Origin: an uncultured Verrucomicrobiota bacterium
GTDB lineage: Bacteria; Verrucomicrobiota; Kiritimatiellia; CAIVKH01
Length of the DNA stretch: 64,000 nucleotides
Assembly: GCA_937996795.1 (NCBI GenBank)
Contig: CALKUH010000050.1
Coordinates: 5,867 to 69,866 of the forward strand
Direction: 5' to 3'
Part shown: positions 11,403 through 21,055 of the stretch, one piece after another
Layout of the letters: each line of letters opens with the position of its first letter
Position numbering within the stretch: the stretch's first letter is position 1
Translations under genes and position numbers: made by a program
Notes under the pieces: model-generated
Seen by the model: the letters and a program-made list of their open reading frames with translations, nothing else
The model's database searches: none
What the model was told of the DNA's origin: nothing

Positions 11403-12026
11403 ATGACCCGCACCGAACGCGCGCAGTACGTCGGCCGCCGACTCGACGACTTTTTTCCGGACGTCGACGCGCCGCTCGCGCACGCCGACCCGTTTACGCT
11501 GCTCGTCGCGGTGATCCTCTCGGCGCAGTGCACGGACAAGCGCGTGAACGAAATCACGCCGGCACTGTTTGCGCTCGCCGATACGCCGCAAAAAATGGCC
11601 GCGCTGCCGGTCGCCACGATCCGCCGCATCATCCGCCCCTGCGGCCTCGCGCCCGCCAAGTCGAAGGCGATCCGCGCGACGGCGAAGCTGCTGCTGGAAA
11701 AGCATGACGGTGTGGTTCCGCGCACATTCGAGGAGTTGGAGGCGCTGCCCGGCGTCGGCCACAAGACGGCGTCGGTCGTGATGAGCCAGGCGTTCGGCGA
11801 ACACGCGTTCCCCGTGGATACGCACATCCACCGGATCGCGAAGCGGTGGAAGCTCACGCGCGGACGAAACGTCGTCGAGACCGAGCGCGATTTGAAAAAG
11901 CTGTTTCCGCCCGCCGACTGGCACAAGCGCCACCTGCAAATCATCTTCTACGGCCGCGCCCACTGCACCGCGCGCGGGTGCGACGGCCGGCGCTGCCCGA
12001 TCTGCAGCGAATTGCGGGCGCAGTGA
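11403..12026 (+). CDS. nth: Endonuclease III (DNA-(apurinic or apyrimidinic site) lyase)
   Basis: HhH-GPD motif (LPGVGHKTASVV), catalytic Lys and Asp context, and a C-terminal 4Fe-4S cysteine cluster (CTARGCDGRRCPICS). Confidence 0.9.
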   Translation: MTRTERAQYVGRRLDDFFPDVDAPLAHADPFTLLVAVILSAQCTDKRVNEITPALFALADTPQKMAALPVATIRRIIRPCGLAPAKSKAIRATAKLLLEKHDGVVPRTFEELEALPGVGHKTASVVMSQAFGEHAFPVDTHIHRIAKRWKLTRGRNVVETERDLKKLFPPADWHKRHLQIIFYGRAHCTARGCDGRRCPICSELRAQ

Positions 12027-12081
12027 TGCGCCGCCCCATTTGTCGCTTGCCCGGCGGCGGGGATCGGCTGAAGCTGTCCGC

Positions 12082-12435
12082 ATGGAACTGCTCGGGTACA
12101 TCGCGATCGGGTTGGTGGCGGGCGTGGCCAGCGGCTGTTTCGGCATCGGCGGCGGCGTGCTGATCGTGCCTGCGCTGATGCTGTTTTTTAAAGTGCCCTA
12201 CACGGTGGCCGTCGGCACGTCGCTCGCACTGATCATCCCGATTTCCCTCGCGGGCACGCTCACGCACCAGAAATTCGGCGCCATCGACTGGCGCATTTTC
12301 ACCGCCTGCGCGGTGGCGGGCGTGATCGGCGCGATCATCGGCGCGCTGCTGGTGCAGAAGGTGCCCGAGCTCTACGCGAAACGCGGCTTTGCGCTCTTCC
12401 TGCTCTACGCCGCGTGGCGGCTCTGGTTTAAATGA
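12082..12435 (+). CDS. Small TSUP (TauE/SafE)-family membrane protein, half-size
   Basis: GIGGGVLIVPALMLFF, TM-rich and about 117 aa from MELLGY. A 4-nt ATGA overlap with the downstream tatD-like gene. Confidence 0.55.
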   Translation: MELLGYIAIGLVAGVASGCFGIGGGVLIVPALMLFFKVPYTVAVGTSLALIIPISLAGTLTHQKFGAIDWRIFTACAVAGVIGAIIGALLVQKVPELYAKRGFALFLLYAAWRLWFK

Positions 12436-13232
12436 ACAGGCTCTACGACGCGCACAATCACCTGCAGGATGAGCGGTTTGACGGGCGGCGCGGGGCGTTG
12501 GTGGACGCGGCGCGCGCGGCGGGCGTGGTCCGCATGGTGGTCAACGGGTCGGGCGTGGACGACTGGCCCGCGGTCGCGGCCCTCGCGCAGCGCCATCCTG
12601 GTTTCGTGCAGCCGAGCTTCGGCGTGCATCCGTGGTACGTGCACGAGCAGCCCGCGGACTGGCCGGAGCGGTTGCGCGGGTGGCTGAAGGATTTTCCGGA
12701 AGCGGGCGTCGGCGAAATCGGATTGGACCGCTGGAAGCCGGGCCTGCCGTGGGACGGCCAGCCGGAGGCGTTCGAAGCGCAACTCCGCATCGCGGCGGAA
12801 CTCGACCGCCCCGCGAGCATCCACTGCCTGCAGGCGTGGGGCCCGCTGGTGGAACAGTTGGAGCAGGCGCCGCGTCCCGCGCGCGGATTCCTGCTGCACA
12901 GCTACGGCGGGTCCGCCGACCTGCTCGCGCGGCTGTTGCCGCTCGGCGCGTATGTGTCGCTGCCGGGTTACTTCGCGCACGAACGGAAGGCGCGCCAGCG
13001 CGAGACCTTCCGCCGCGTGCCGGGCGAGCGCCTGTTGATCGAAACCGATGCGCCCGACCAGCTGCTGCCGCCGGAGCGCGTGACGCATCCGCTCGCCGAC
13101 GGCGCCGGCCAGCCGCTGAACCACCCCGCGAACCTCGCCGCCGTGTACGCCTTCGCCGCCGAGTTGCTCGGCCGCCCGCTGCCGGACCTCGCCGCGCAGG
13201 TGGAAGTAAATTTCCAGCGTCTGTTCGGGTGA
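12432..13232 (+). CDS. TatD-family metal-dependent hydrolase or DNase
   Basis: The LYDAHNHLQ start, HxH metal ligands, and central and C-terminal TatD blocks (IGEIGLD, ETDAP). Confidence 0.82.
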   Translation: MNRLYDAHNHLQDERFDGRRGALVDAARAAGVVRMVVNGSGVDDWPAVAALAQRHPGFVQPSFGVHPWYVHEQPADWPERLRGWLKDFPEAGVGEIGLDRWKPGLPWDGQPEAFEAQLRIAAELDRPASIHCLQAWGPLVEQLEQAPRPARGFLLHSYGGSADLLARLLPLGAYVSLPGYFAHERKARQRETFRRVPGERLLIETDAPDQLLPPERVTHPLADGAGQPLNHPANLAAVYAFAAELLGRPLPDLAAQVEVNFQRLFG

Positions 13233-13278
13233 GGGGAGAAGATGTACCACGGAGACGTCTGCGCGGAAGGCTTCGTAG

Positions 13279-14058
13279 TTATTTCCCCTCCTCGCGCGCC
13301 AGCGTGCGCACCACGACACCGGCGGCGTGGAAGCCGAAGACGGCGGTGACGAAGACGGCGGAGCCGAGGCGGCCTTCGCACACCGGGCCGTCCGTGGCGT
13401 CGCCGATCGGCGACGCGGGTTCCGGCTCCGCGCACACCTGCGCCTCGATCACCGGCTCGGGCGAGAACACGCACGGAATGCCCATCGGCTTGTTGCCGCG
13501 GCCGGGCAGGCCGTAGTGCTTGCGCAGTTTCTTGCGGACGAACATCAGCAGGCGATCGTGGTGCACGCGCGCGAGGTCCGCCACCTGCACCTGCGACGGG
13601 TCGAGCTTGCCCGCGGCGGCGCCGCAGCAGACGACGGGAATCTTCCGCGCGAGGCAGTTCCCGATCAACGTCGCTTTCGCCATCACGCCATCCACGCAAT
13701 CGACGACGAAATCGAACGGCTCGTCGAACGGCCTGGCCTCGTCGTTCCGGTGGAAGAATTCCGCGCGGACACGGACCTGGCAGTCGGGGTTGATCGCCGT
13801 GACGCGCGCGGCCATGACCTCCGCCTTCGGCCTGCCGACCGCGTCGAGCACGGCGTGGAGCTGGCGGTTCGTGTTCGACACGCAGACATCGTCGCCGTCC
13901 ATCAGCGTCATCGCGCCGACGCCCGACCGCGCGAGCGCCTCGACGACCCACGACCCGACGCCGCCGAGCCCGACCACGAGCACCCGCGCCCGCGCGAGCC
14001 GCGCGAGGCCGCCGGGGCCGATCAGCCGCTCAAATCCGGAGAAACGTGGGGGAATCAT
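13279..14058 (-). CDS. tcdA: tRNA threonylcarbamoyladenosine dehydratase or ThiF/E1-like protein (TcdA/CsdL family)
   Basis: The VLVVGLGGVGSWVVEALARSGVG Rossmann motif and the rest of the fold align with ThiF/MoeB/TcdA. Start chosen at MIPPRFSGF. Confidence 0.75.
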   Translation of the reverse strand: MIPPRFSGFERLIGPGGLARLARARVLVVGLGGVGSWVVEALARSGVGAMTLMDGDDVCVSNTNRQLHAVLDAVGRPKAEVMAARVTAINPDCQVRVRAEFFHRNDEARPFDEPFDFVVDCVDGVMAKATLIGNCLARKIPVVCCGAAAGKLDPSQVQVADLARVHHDRLLMFVRKKLRKHYGLPGRGNKPMGIPCVFSPEPVIEAQVCAEPEPASPIGDATDGPVCEGRLGSAVFVTAVFGFHAAGVVVRTLAREEGK

Positions 14059-14141
14059 GGCCGCGGCAAGACAAGCGAATCCGGCGCTCGGTTGGCAAAT
14101 CAAAATTGGAAAATGGCCCCGCCCTCCCCTACACTCGATCC

Positions 14142-15221
14142 ATGCGCACTCCTCTCTACGATACCCACGTCGCCCTCAACGCCCGCATGGCCCCGTTCGG
14201 CGGGTGGGACATGCCGATCCAATACGAAGGCATCCTCGCGGAACACGCGTGGACGCGCACGCGCACGTCGGTGTTCGACATCTGCCACATGGGCGAATTC
14301 GAGTTGCGCGGACCGTCGGCCCAGGCGGACCTGGAGCGGCTGCTGACGCAGAACATCGCGACGATTGCGGTGGGCCAGGCGCGCTACGGCTACCTGCTGC
14401 GCGACGACGGCGGGTGCCTCGACGACCTGACGTGCTACCGGTTCGGCCCCGATCATTTCTGGCTGATCGTGAACGCCGCGACGTGCGCGGATGACGCGGC
14501 GTGGATCCGGGAGCGCTGCTCGGCCGGCACCCGCTTTGAGGACATTTCCCCGCGCATCGCGAAGCTCGACGTGCAGGGGCCGCGCGCGAAGGAGGATCTG
14601 GAGTCCGCGTTCGGTGTGAAGCTGCCGGACTTGAAATATTTCCGGTTCGCGCAGGTGGAGCTGGGCGGCGTGCCGGTGGTGTTGAGTCGCACGGGGTACA
14701 CAGGCGAATTTGGGTATGAACTGTATTTCCCGATGGAGCACGCGCTCGCGTTCTGGCAGCGGATCACGGCCGGCGGCGCGATCAAGCCCGCGGGGCTGGG
14801 CGCGCGCGACACATTGCGCCTGGAGGCGGGCTATCCGCTCTACGGCCACGAGATGGGCCTCGAGCGCACGCCCGTCGCGGCGGCGCGCGGGTCGTTCATG
14901 GACTTCAAGAAGACGTTCATCGGCTCCGCTGCGTGTGTCCGCGATCGCGACGCCGGCTGCGCGCGCTACCTGTGCGGCATCCGCCTGAACGGCAAACGCG
15001 CCGCGCGCGCACACGACAAGGTCATGCAGGGGGACCGCGTCGTCGGCGAGGTCACCAGCGGATCGCTGGCGCCCAGCTTGAACACCGCCGTGGCGCTGGC
15101 CTATGTGGACGCCGCGCTCACCGCGCCGGGTTCCGCGCTGGAGATCGACGTGCGCGGCACGCGCCTGCCGGGCGCCGTGGTGGCGCTGCCGTTCTACAAG
15201 GACGGCACCGCGCGTCGGTAA
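14142..15221 (+). CDS. gcvT: Glycine cleavage system aminomethyltransferase T protein
   Basis: MRTPLYDTHVALNARMAPFGGWDMPIQYEG matches the GcvT N-terminus. About 360 aa. Confidence 0.9.
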   Translation: MRTPLYDTHVALNARMAPFGGWDMPIQYEGILAEHAWTRTRTSVFDICHMGEFELRGPSAQADLERLLTQNIATIAVGQARYGYLLRDDGGCLDDLTCYRFGPDHFWLIVNAATCADDAAWIRERCSAGTRFEDISPRIAKLDVQGPRAKEDLESAFGVKLPDLKYFRFAQVELGGVPVVLSRTGYTGEFGYELYFPMEHALAFWQRITAGGAIKPAGLGARDTLRLEAGYPLYGHEMGLERTPVAAARGSFMDFKKTFIGSAACVRDRDAGCARYLCGIRLNGKRAARAHDKVMQGDRVVGEVTSGSLAPSLNTAVALAYVDAALTAPGSALEIDVRGTRLPGAVVALPFYKDGTARR

Positions 15222-15236
15222 CGGCCGCGCACCGCG

Positions 15237-16172
15237 CTACTGTTTGCTCGCGCTGAAGGAGCCCGAGTAGGTCACGGCGCCGGCGGCGGAGGTGGCGCTG
15301 CCGGAGATCTGGCCGAAGACGTTGTTGTTCACCCAGGACCCGTTGTAGGTGATGACGCCGTTCGTGCCGCCGCCGCTGACCTGCGCGGTGAAGGTGAACT
15401 GGTTGTTATTCAGCGGCGAGGTGAGCTGCTGGCCGGGGCGGATCGTGTCGCTGAAGACCACCTGGTTGGCGCCGATCAGGAGCGTAAACGATTCGCCGTC
15501 GCAGGTCGTGGGCTGGCCTTCGGGCGAGGTGCAGGTGGTGACCGTTCCGGCATAGGTCCCCGGCGCATTCGTGGAGGAATCGCCGCCGCCCCCTCCTCCG
15601 CCATTGTCATCGTCATCGCCGCCACCACCCCCGCCGCCGCTTTCGGAAATTGCATAGGCGCCGCCCAGCACGAGGACCGCGCCGCCGGCGACGAGGGCGG
15701 GTGTTTTCCATGACGCCTCACCGCTGCTCGAATCGGAAACGGGAATCACCGGCGCGGGGCCGGCGGGCGCGGGCGGTGGCGGGCTCGCGGCCACCGGGCG
15801 TTCGGACGGGCGCGGCTCGCGGAACTTCACCTCGTACCACGGCGTCTCGACCAGCGCGCCGTCGGCGTCCTGCGCCTCAATGTAGTACGAGACGCTTTCC
15901 ACGCCGCCGAGCAGGTTGGCCTCGATCGTGCCGACATAGAACCCGAGGCCGGTGCTTTTCATCGACACGCGGAACGGCGCGGCGTCGCGGAAGAGCGCGT
16001 AGTAGAGCGTGACCGACTGGGGCGTTGACGCGCCCGTGATCTTGGCCTTCATCGTCAGCGGTTGCCCCTTGAGCGCGAACGGAATCGGGTCGTGGGTGAT
16101 GACGAGGCTCGCGGCGTGGGCGGATGACGCGAGCGCGCAGGCCAGCGAAAGAGCGCAAATCAGCAAACGCAT
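15237..16172 (-). CDS. Hypothetical exported or membrane protein with a Gly/Asp low-complexity linker
   Basis: Signal peptide (MRLLICALSLACALASSAHA), a Pro-rich linker, a single hydrophobic helix (ALVAGGAVLVLGGAYAI), a GGGGGGGDDDDNGGGGGGG tract, and a C-terminal domain containing two Cys. No family recognised. Confidence 0.5.
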   Translation of the reverse strand: MRLLICALSLACALASSAHAASLVITHDPIPFALKGQPLTMKAKITGASTPQSVTLYYALFRDAAPFRVSMKSTGLGFYVGTIEANLLGGVESVSYYIEAQDADGALVETPWYEVKFREPRPSERPVAASPPPPAPAGPAPVIPVSDSSSGEASWKTPALVAGGAVLVLGGAYAISESGGGGGGGDDDDNGGGGGGGDSSTNAPGTYAGTVTTCTSPEGQPTTCDGESFTLLIGANQVVFSDTIRPGQQLTSPLNNNQFTFTAQVSGGGTNGVITYNGSWVNNNVFGQISGSATSAAGAVTYSGSFSASKQ

Positions 16173-16419
16173 GAGGGAACCTTTCGGATGAATACGCGCT
16201 ACTCTGTGCCAGATTCGCGCGCGGATGCCAGCGGAAAGAGGAAGCGGGAGTGTTCTTCAACCTAGAGTTCAGAATCGGACGACAGGATTAACGGGATGAA
16301 CAGGATGGGGTTGCGTCGGAATGGGCGTTCGCCACGCGCGTGAAGCCTGCGCACGATACAACCGGTTCCGCGTCAATCCCGTATATCCTGCCCATCCTGT
16401 CAAAATGCTCCTTTTATGC

Positions 16420-17967
16420 TCAGAAGCGCCCCAACGGGTCGCGGCGCCGGGCCTGTTCGGCGGCATGCAGCGCCTCCTCGCGGCGGCCGGCGAGTTCAAG
16501 GGCGACGGCGAGGTTGGCCCAGGCCTCGGCCTTGTCCGGACGCCGCGTGACGGCGGCTTGCAGGCGCGTGATCGCGGCGCCGGTGTCGCCGCGGCGACCG
16601 TCCATGACGGCGAGGTTCACCAGGGCGGTGACATCCTGCGGGTTGAGTTCGTCGGCGCGGGCGAGAAGCTGCGCGGCGATGTCGTCCGCGCCATCGGCGA
16701 GCGCGTCAAGGCCGAGCCCGACGTGGGCGCGCGCGCTGTGCGGTTCCACTTTGAAGGTGGACGCCCACAGGGCGCCGTCGCTGCGCCAGTCCGGCAGCCG
16801 CAGCTGGTGCAGCAGCAGGAACGTCACGACCAGCGCCGCGAGGCCGCGCCGCACGACGCGGTCGCCCATCGGCATTGCCGCGGGCAGCAGGGCGAAGCCG
16901 GCGATCAGCGCGTAGGCGTAGCGGTCGGCCATCGGGTTGTGCAGCGGGATGAGATTCGACACCGGCGCGAACGCGATGAGCAGCCAGCCGAGCCCGAGCG
17001 CGGCGAGCGGCTGGCGCGCGCGCAGGAAGAACGCCAGCCCGGGCGTGGCGAGGGTGACGATGACACCTGCGAGGAAACGCGGGTCGAACGCGCCGGACAC
17101 CGGCGCGACGATACGGTCCGCGCAGAGCGGCCACGGCGCGACAAGCAGCTTGGCGTAGTGCGCGAACAGCCAGGGCGCGGTCCACACGGTCTCCGCGCCG
17201 CGCAGCGAGAGCCCGTTCCACACCTCGCTGCCCAGCGCCTGCGGCGCGCGCGCGGCGAACAGCCAGGCGAGCCAGCCCAGCGCGACGAGCGGCAACAGGG
17301 CGTAGCCGATCGCGCCGCCCTTCGTCGCGGGGCGCTCGCGCGGGAAGCACCAGCAGATCCAGCCGATGAGGACCGGCAGCACGGCGGCGCTTTCCTTCGC
17401 GCCCAGCGCGAACAGCAGCGCGAGGACCTGGAGTGGCGCGCGCACGAGCGTGCGGCGGATCGGCATGGCCGCGAGCGCGACGCACATCCAGAACAGCGAC
17501 AGCGTGTCCTCGCGATAGGACGGCAGTTGCACGGCTTCGAGCCCGAGCGGGTGGATCGCGAACAGCGCCGCCGCGACCAGCGCGCGCCCGCGCGCCGACG
17601 GGTCGCCGTGCCGCCGCAACACCCCGCGCAGCCAGCCGAACAGCAACAGCGTGCACCCGGCGTGCAGCGCGAGGTTCGTGAGGCGGAAGTGCCACGCCTC
17701 GCGCGCGCCCCACGCGCGGTCCAGCAGGACGGAGGCGAGCAGCGCCGGCCGCTGCCCGTCGAGCACCACCGGATCGCGCACCGTCTGCAACGTCAACACG
17801 CGCGCCCACGCATCCGGCGCGGCAAGAAACGCATTCTCCTTCAGCGCCCCGTGGTCGTCATAGACAAACCCATAAAACAGCCCCGGAAGATACGGAACGA
17901 TCGCGAGCAGCAACAGCGCCACCACCGACAGGCCGCCCGGCGCGCGTCTGGGGGTCTCGGATGGCAT
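16420..17967 (-). CDS. Membrane protein with a PMT/ArnT-like multi-TM domain and C-terminal TPR repeats
   Basis: About 11 predicted hydrophobic helices are followed by TPR-like repeats (ALVNLAVMDGRRGDTGAAITRLQAAV..., AWANLAVALELAGRREEAL). Confidence 0.6.
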   Translation of the reverse strand: MPSETPRRAPGGLSVVALLLLAIVPYLPGLFYGFVYDDHGALKENAFLAAPDAWARVLTLQTVRDPVVLDGQRPALLASVLLDRAWGAREAWHFRLTNLALHAGCTLLLFGWLRGVLRRHGDPSARGRALVAAALFAIHPLGLEAVQLPSYREDTLSLFWMCVALAAMPIRRTLVRAPLQVLALLFALGAKESAAVLPVLIGWICWCFPRERPATKGGAIGYALLPLVALGWLAWLFAARAPQALGSEVWNGLSLRGAETVWTAPWLFAHYAKLLVAPWPLCADRIVAPVSGAFDPRFLAGVIVTLATPGLAFFLRARQPLAALGLGWLLIAFAPVSNLIPLHNPMADRYAYALIAGFALLPAAMPMGDRVVRRGLAALVVTFLLLHQLRLPDWRSDGALWASTFKVEPHSARAHVGLGLDALADGADDIAAQLLARADELNPQDVTALVNLAVMDGRRGDTGAAITRLQAAVTRRPDKAEAWANLAVALELAGRREEALHAAEQARRRDPLGRF

Positions 17968-17970
17968 GGA

Positions 17971-18897
17971 CTACCGCACGTAGCCGAATTTTTTCAGGAG
18001 CCAGAAGTTGCGGTCCCACTTGGGTTCGACCTTCACCCAGAGTTTGACGCGGACGGGTTTGCCGAACCAGGTGGCGAGTTCGCCTTCGGAGGAGCGTGTC
18101 ACCTTGCGCAGCAATCGGCCTTTTTCGCCGATGACGATGCCTTTTTGGGAGAATTTCTGGACGTAGATCGTGGCCTGCACGCTCCACGGCTCCGTCGTGT
18201 CGTCGAGCTCCTCGACGGACACGGCGATCGCGTGCGGCAACTCCTCGCGCAGCACGCCGAAGAGTTTTTCGCGGATGACGTCGGCGATGGCCAGCTTGCG
18301 GGGATAATCCGTGAGCACGTCCTCGGGGAACAGCAGCGGGCCTTCCGGCACCTGCGCGAAGAGCGTGGCGGTCAGCGCGTCGAGCCCCTCGCCTTTCTCC
18401 GCCGAGGCCTCCAGCCACACCGGGTCGGGCCGTTCCACCGCGTCGGCCGGGCGCTGGGCGGGCCACGCCTCGCGCAGCGCGGCGGCGCAGGCGCCGCCGA
18501 GGTCCATCTTGTTCAACACGGCGACGACGGGCAGCGTCTCGCGCTGCAATTTCTTCATCCAGCCGAGGTCCTCGTCGCGCGGCGGCTGGCTCGCGTCGAG
18601 CACGAGCAGCGCGACGTCGGCGCCCTCCGCCGCGCCGCGCGCCATCTGGTTCATCACGCGTCCGAGATCGCCCACGGCCTTGTGCACGCCGGGCGTGTCG
18701 TGGAACACGAGCTGGCCGCGCGGTTCGGTGAGGATGCCGCGCACGACGTTGCGTGTCGTCTGCGCGACGGGCGAGACGATGCTCACCTTTTCGCCGAGGA
18801 TCGCGTTCAGCAGCGACGACTTGCCGACATTCGCGCGGCCGACCAGCGCGATGATGCCGGCGCGGGACTGCGTTGCGGGTTCGGGGGTATCGCTCAC
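17971..18897 (-). CDS. era: GTPase Era
   Basis: G1 GRANVGKSS, G3 DTPG, G4 NKMD and a C-terminal KH domain; 308 aa. The inferred GTG start overlaps the stop of the upstream MBL-fold gene (GTGA). Confidence 0.9.
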   Translation of the reverse strand: MSDTPEPATQSRAGIIALVGRANVGKSSLLNAILGEKVSIVSPVAQTTRNVVRGILTEPRGQLVFHDTPGVHKAVGDLGRVMNQMARGAAEGADVALLVLDASQPPRDEDLGWMKKLQRETLPVVAVLNKMDLGGACAAALREAWPAQRPADAVERPDPVWLEASAEKGEGLDALTATLFAQVPEGPLLFPEDVLTDYPRKLAIADVIREKLFGVLREELPHAIAVSVEELDDTTEPWSVQATIYVQKFSQKGIVIGEKGRLLRKVTRSSEGELATWFGKPVRVKLWVKVEPKWDRNFWLLKKFGYVR

Positions 18898-20279
18898 AGC
18901 TCCACCTCGTCGCCCTGTTTGGGCAGGAACACCTGCGCGTGGCCGTCGCCGCGCAGCCGCTCCGCGAGCGCCTCGCGCTGGTCGGATTCGCCGTGCACGA
19001 GGAATATCCGTTTGGGTTGCGCCTTGCGCGCATAGCGCGCGAGGTCGTCGATGTCGGCGTGTCCGCTGAACGCGTTCAGCGTGGCCACCTCCGCGCGCAA
19101 TGTGAAGAGATCGCCGAAGATGCGGACCTGCGCGACCCCCTCCTGCAGGCGGCGCCCGAGCGTGTAGGACGCCTGATAGCCGACGAGCACGATGCTGTTG
19201 GCCTTGTTTTCGATGCCGTGTTTCAGGTGGTGCAGGATGCGGCCGTGTTCGCACATGCCGGAGGCGGCGATGACGATGCACGGTTTGTCCGACGCCGTGA
19301 TGGCCTTCGAGTCGTTCACGGTGATCGACGGGTGGACCCACGGCGGGCAGGTCAGGCAGCCCATCGCCGCGTAGAGTTTTTTGCCGCCTTCATCGAGGTA
19401 TTCCTGGTGCTGGTCGAACACCTCCGCAACGGCGTTCGCCATCGGGCTGTCGACGTAGATCGGGACCTGCGGGAGACGGCCCTGCAGGATCAGGCTGTTG
19501 AGGTGGTAGATGAGTTCCTGCGCGCGTTCGAGGGCGAAGGACGGGATGAGCACCTTGCCGCCGCGCGCGAGGGTGCGTTTCGCGATGTCGCACAACTGCT
19601 GGTCGGCCATCGCCGCGTCGTCGTGCCGGCGGTTGCCGTAGGTCGATTCGAGCACGAGCACGTCCACGGGGTCCATGAACTCCGGGTCGCGGATCAGCGG
19701 GAGGCCGAAGCGGCCGAGGTCCACGGCATACCCGACGCGCGCGGAGCGGCCGCCTTCCTCCAGGTCGAACACGGTCAGGGCGGAGCCGAGGATGTGGCCG
19801 GCGTCGAGATCGGTGAAGGCGACGCCGGGCGCGAGTTCGATGCGCTGGCGGTAGTCGTGTCCGCGGAGGAGCCGGATCGCGCGTTCCGCGTCGGCGCGCG
19901 AGTAGAGCGGGACCACGGGCGGCAGGCCGCGCCGGTTGGTCTTTTGGTTCAGGTATGCGGCGTCCGCCTCCTGGATGAACGCGGAGTCGCGCAGCATGAT
20001 CGGGGCGAGCGCGGTCGTGGCGCGCGTGGCGAGGATCGGGCCGGCGTAGCCCTGCGCCGCCCACCAGGGCAGGCGTCCGCAGTGGTCGATGTGCGCGTGG
20101 GAGAGCAGCGTGTGCTGGATCGACGCCGGGTCCACGGCGCGCGCGCGGTTGAGCGCCTCGGATTCCGCGCGGCGTCCCTGGAAGAGCCCGCAATCGCGCA
20201 GGACGCGGCAGCCCGCGGCCTCGATGAGGTGCATTGAGCCGGTGACCGTGTCGGTTCCGCCGAGGAATTGTAAGCGCAT
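18894..20279 (-). CDS. MBL-fold metallo-hydrolase, beta-CASP RNA-metabolising family (RNase J / CPSF-like)
   Basis: HxHxDH motif (SHAHIDHCG), beta-CASP signature blocks and a C-terminal RMMBL-like region; 461 aa. Confidence 0.8.
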   Translation of the reverse strand: MRLQFLGGTDTVTGSMHLIEAAGCRVLRDCGLFQGRRAESEALNRARAVDPASIQHTLLSHAHIDHCGRLPWWAAQGYAGPILATRATTALAPIMLRDSAFIQEADAAYLNQKTNRRGLPPVVPLYSRADAERAIRLLRGHDYRQRIELAPGVAFTDLDAGHILGSALTVFDLEEGGRSARVGYAVDLGRFGLPLIRDPEFMDPVDVLVLESTYGNRRHDDAAMADQQLCDIAKRTLARGGKVLIPSFALERAQELIYHLNSLILQGRLPQVPIYVDSPMANAVAEVFDQHQEYLDEGGKKLYAAMGCLTCPPWVHPSITVNDSKAITASDKPCIVIAASGMCEHGRILHHLKHGIENKANSIVLVGYQASYTLGRRLQEGVAQVRIFGDLFTLRAEVATLNAFSGHADIDDLARYARKAQPKRIFLVHGESDQREALAERLRGDGHAQVFLPKQGDEVEL

Positions 20280-20291
20280 CGTGATAGAGTT

Positions 20292-20345
20292 TCGGGTTAA
20301 CAGTGACCAGTGACCAGTGACCAGTGACCAGTGACCAGTAAACTA
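20292..20345. repeat. (GTGACCA)5 tandem heptamer, repeat copy 3
   Basis: cagtgaccagtgaccagtgaccagtgaccagtgaccagtaaactagtg lies in the divergent promoter region between the MBL RNase gene and the EndoIII-like gene. Confidence 0.7.
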
Positions 20346-20365
20346 GTGCGGAGAGTGTAGCGACG

Positions 20366-21055
20366 ATGGGACAGCGTGGCCATGTGAAACCGCCGGTGCG
20401 CGCGGTGTATCGCGCGTTGCACCGCCATTTCGGGCCGCAGCGGTGGTGGCCCGCGCGGACGCGGTTCGAGATGATGGTGGGCGCGATCCTGACGCAGAAC
20501 ACGGCGTGGACGAACGTCGAGCGGGCGATCGCGGAGCTGCGCCGGCGCCGCGTGCTGACGCCGCGCGCGCTGCACGATGTGCCGCCGGCGACGCTCGCGG
20601 GGTGGATCCGTCCCGCGGGCACGCCCACCGTGAAGGCCCGCCGGCTTCGCGCGTTCACGACGTGGGTGATGGAGGCGCACGGCGGTTCGCTGGCCCGTGC
20701 CCTCCGCGCGCCGGCGGCGGAGTTGCGCCGCGCGCTGCTGTCGATCCACGGCATCGGCCCGGAGACGGCGGACTGCATGGTGCTGTATGCGGCGCGCCGC
20801 CCGGTGTTCGTGGTCGATGCCTACACACGCCGTTTTTTGCACCGGCACGGATGGCTCGCGGGCGCGCCGTCGTATGACGACGTGGCGGCGCTTTTCACGC
20901 GGGCGTTGCCGGCGGACGCCGCGTTGTATAATGAATACCACGCGCTGATTGTCGCGCTCGGGAAATCGTATTGCCGGGCGACGCCGCGGTGCGGGGAATG
21001 CCCGTTGGGGCGATGGGGGCGGGTGGAGGAAGGGACGAGGGCGAGGCACGAGTGA
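20366..21055 (+). CDS. Endonuclease III-related HhH-GPD DNA glycosylase-like protein
   Basis: HhH motif (IHGIGPETADCMVLYA) and the GPD region. No C-terminal Fe-S cysteine cluster of the Nth type. Confidence 0.7.
   Translation: MGQRGHVKPPVRAVYRALHRHFGPQRWWPARTRFEMMVGAILTQNTAWTNVERAIAELRRRRVLTPRALHDVPPATLAGWIRPAGTPTVKARRLRAFTTWVMEAHGGSLARALRAPAAELRRALLSIHGIGPETADCMVLYAARRPVFVVDAYTRRFLHRHGWLAGAPSYDDVAALFTRALPADAALYNEYHALIVALGKSYCRATPRCGECPLGRWGRVEEGTRARHE

Noticed and set aside
16173-16419. About 250-bp gap searched for tRNA, tmRNA or sRNA, and for the gttcagaatc motif shared with 7286-7300
   Set aside because: No cloverleaf-compatible stems or conserved tRNA boxes (GTTC-R-A-NNC in context) found. 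The shared 10-mer is too short to be meaningful.
16321-19035. 904-aa plus-strand ORF spanning the TPR-membrane gene and era
   Set aside because: Arg/Ala/Gly/Glu-rich nonsense translation antisense to two well-supported genes. A high-GC shadow ORF.
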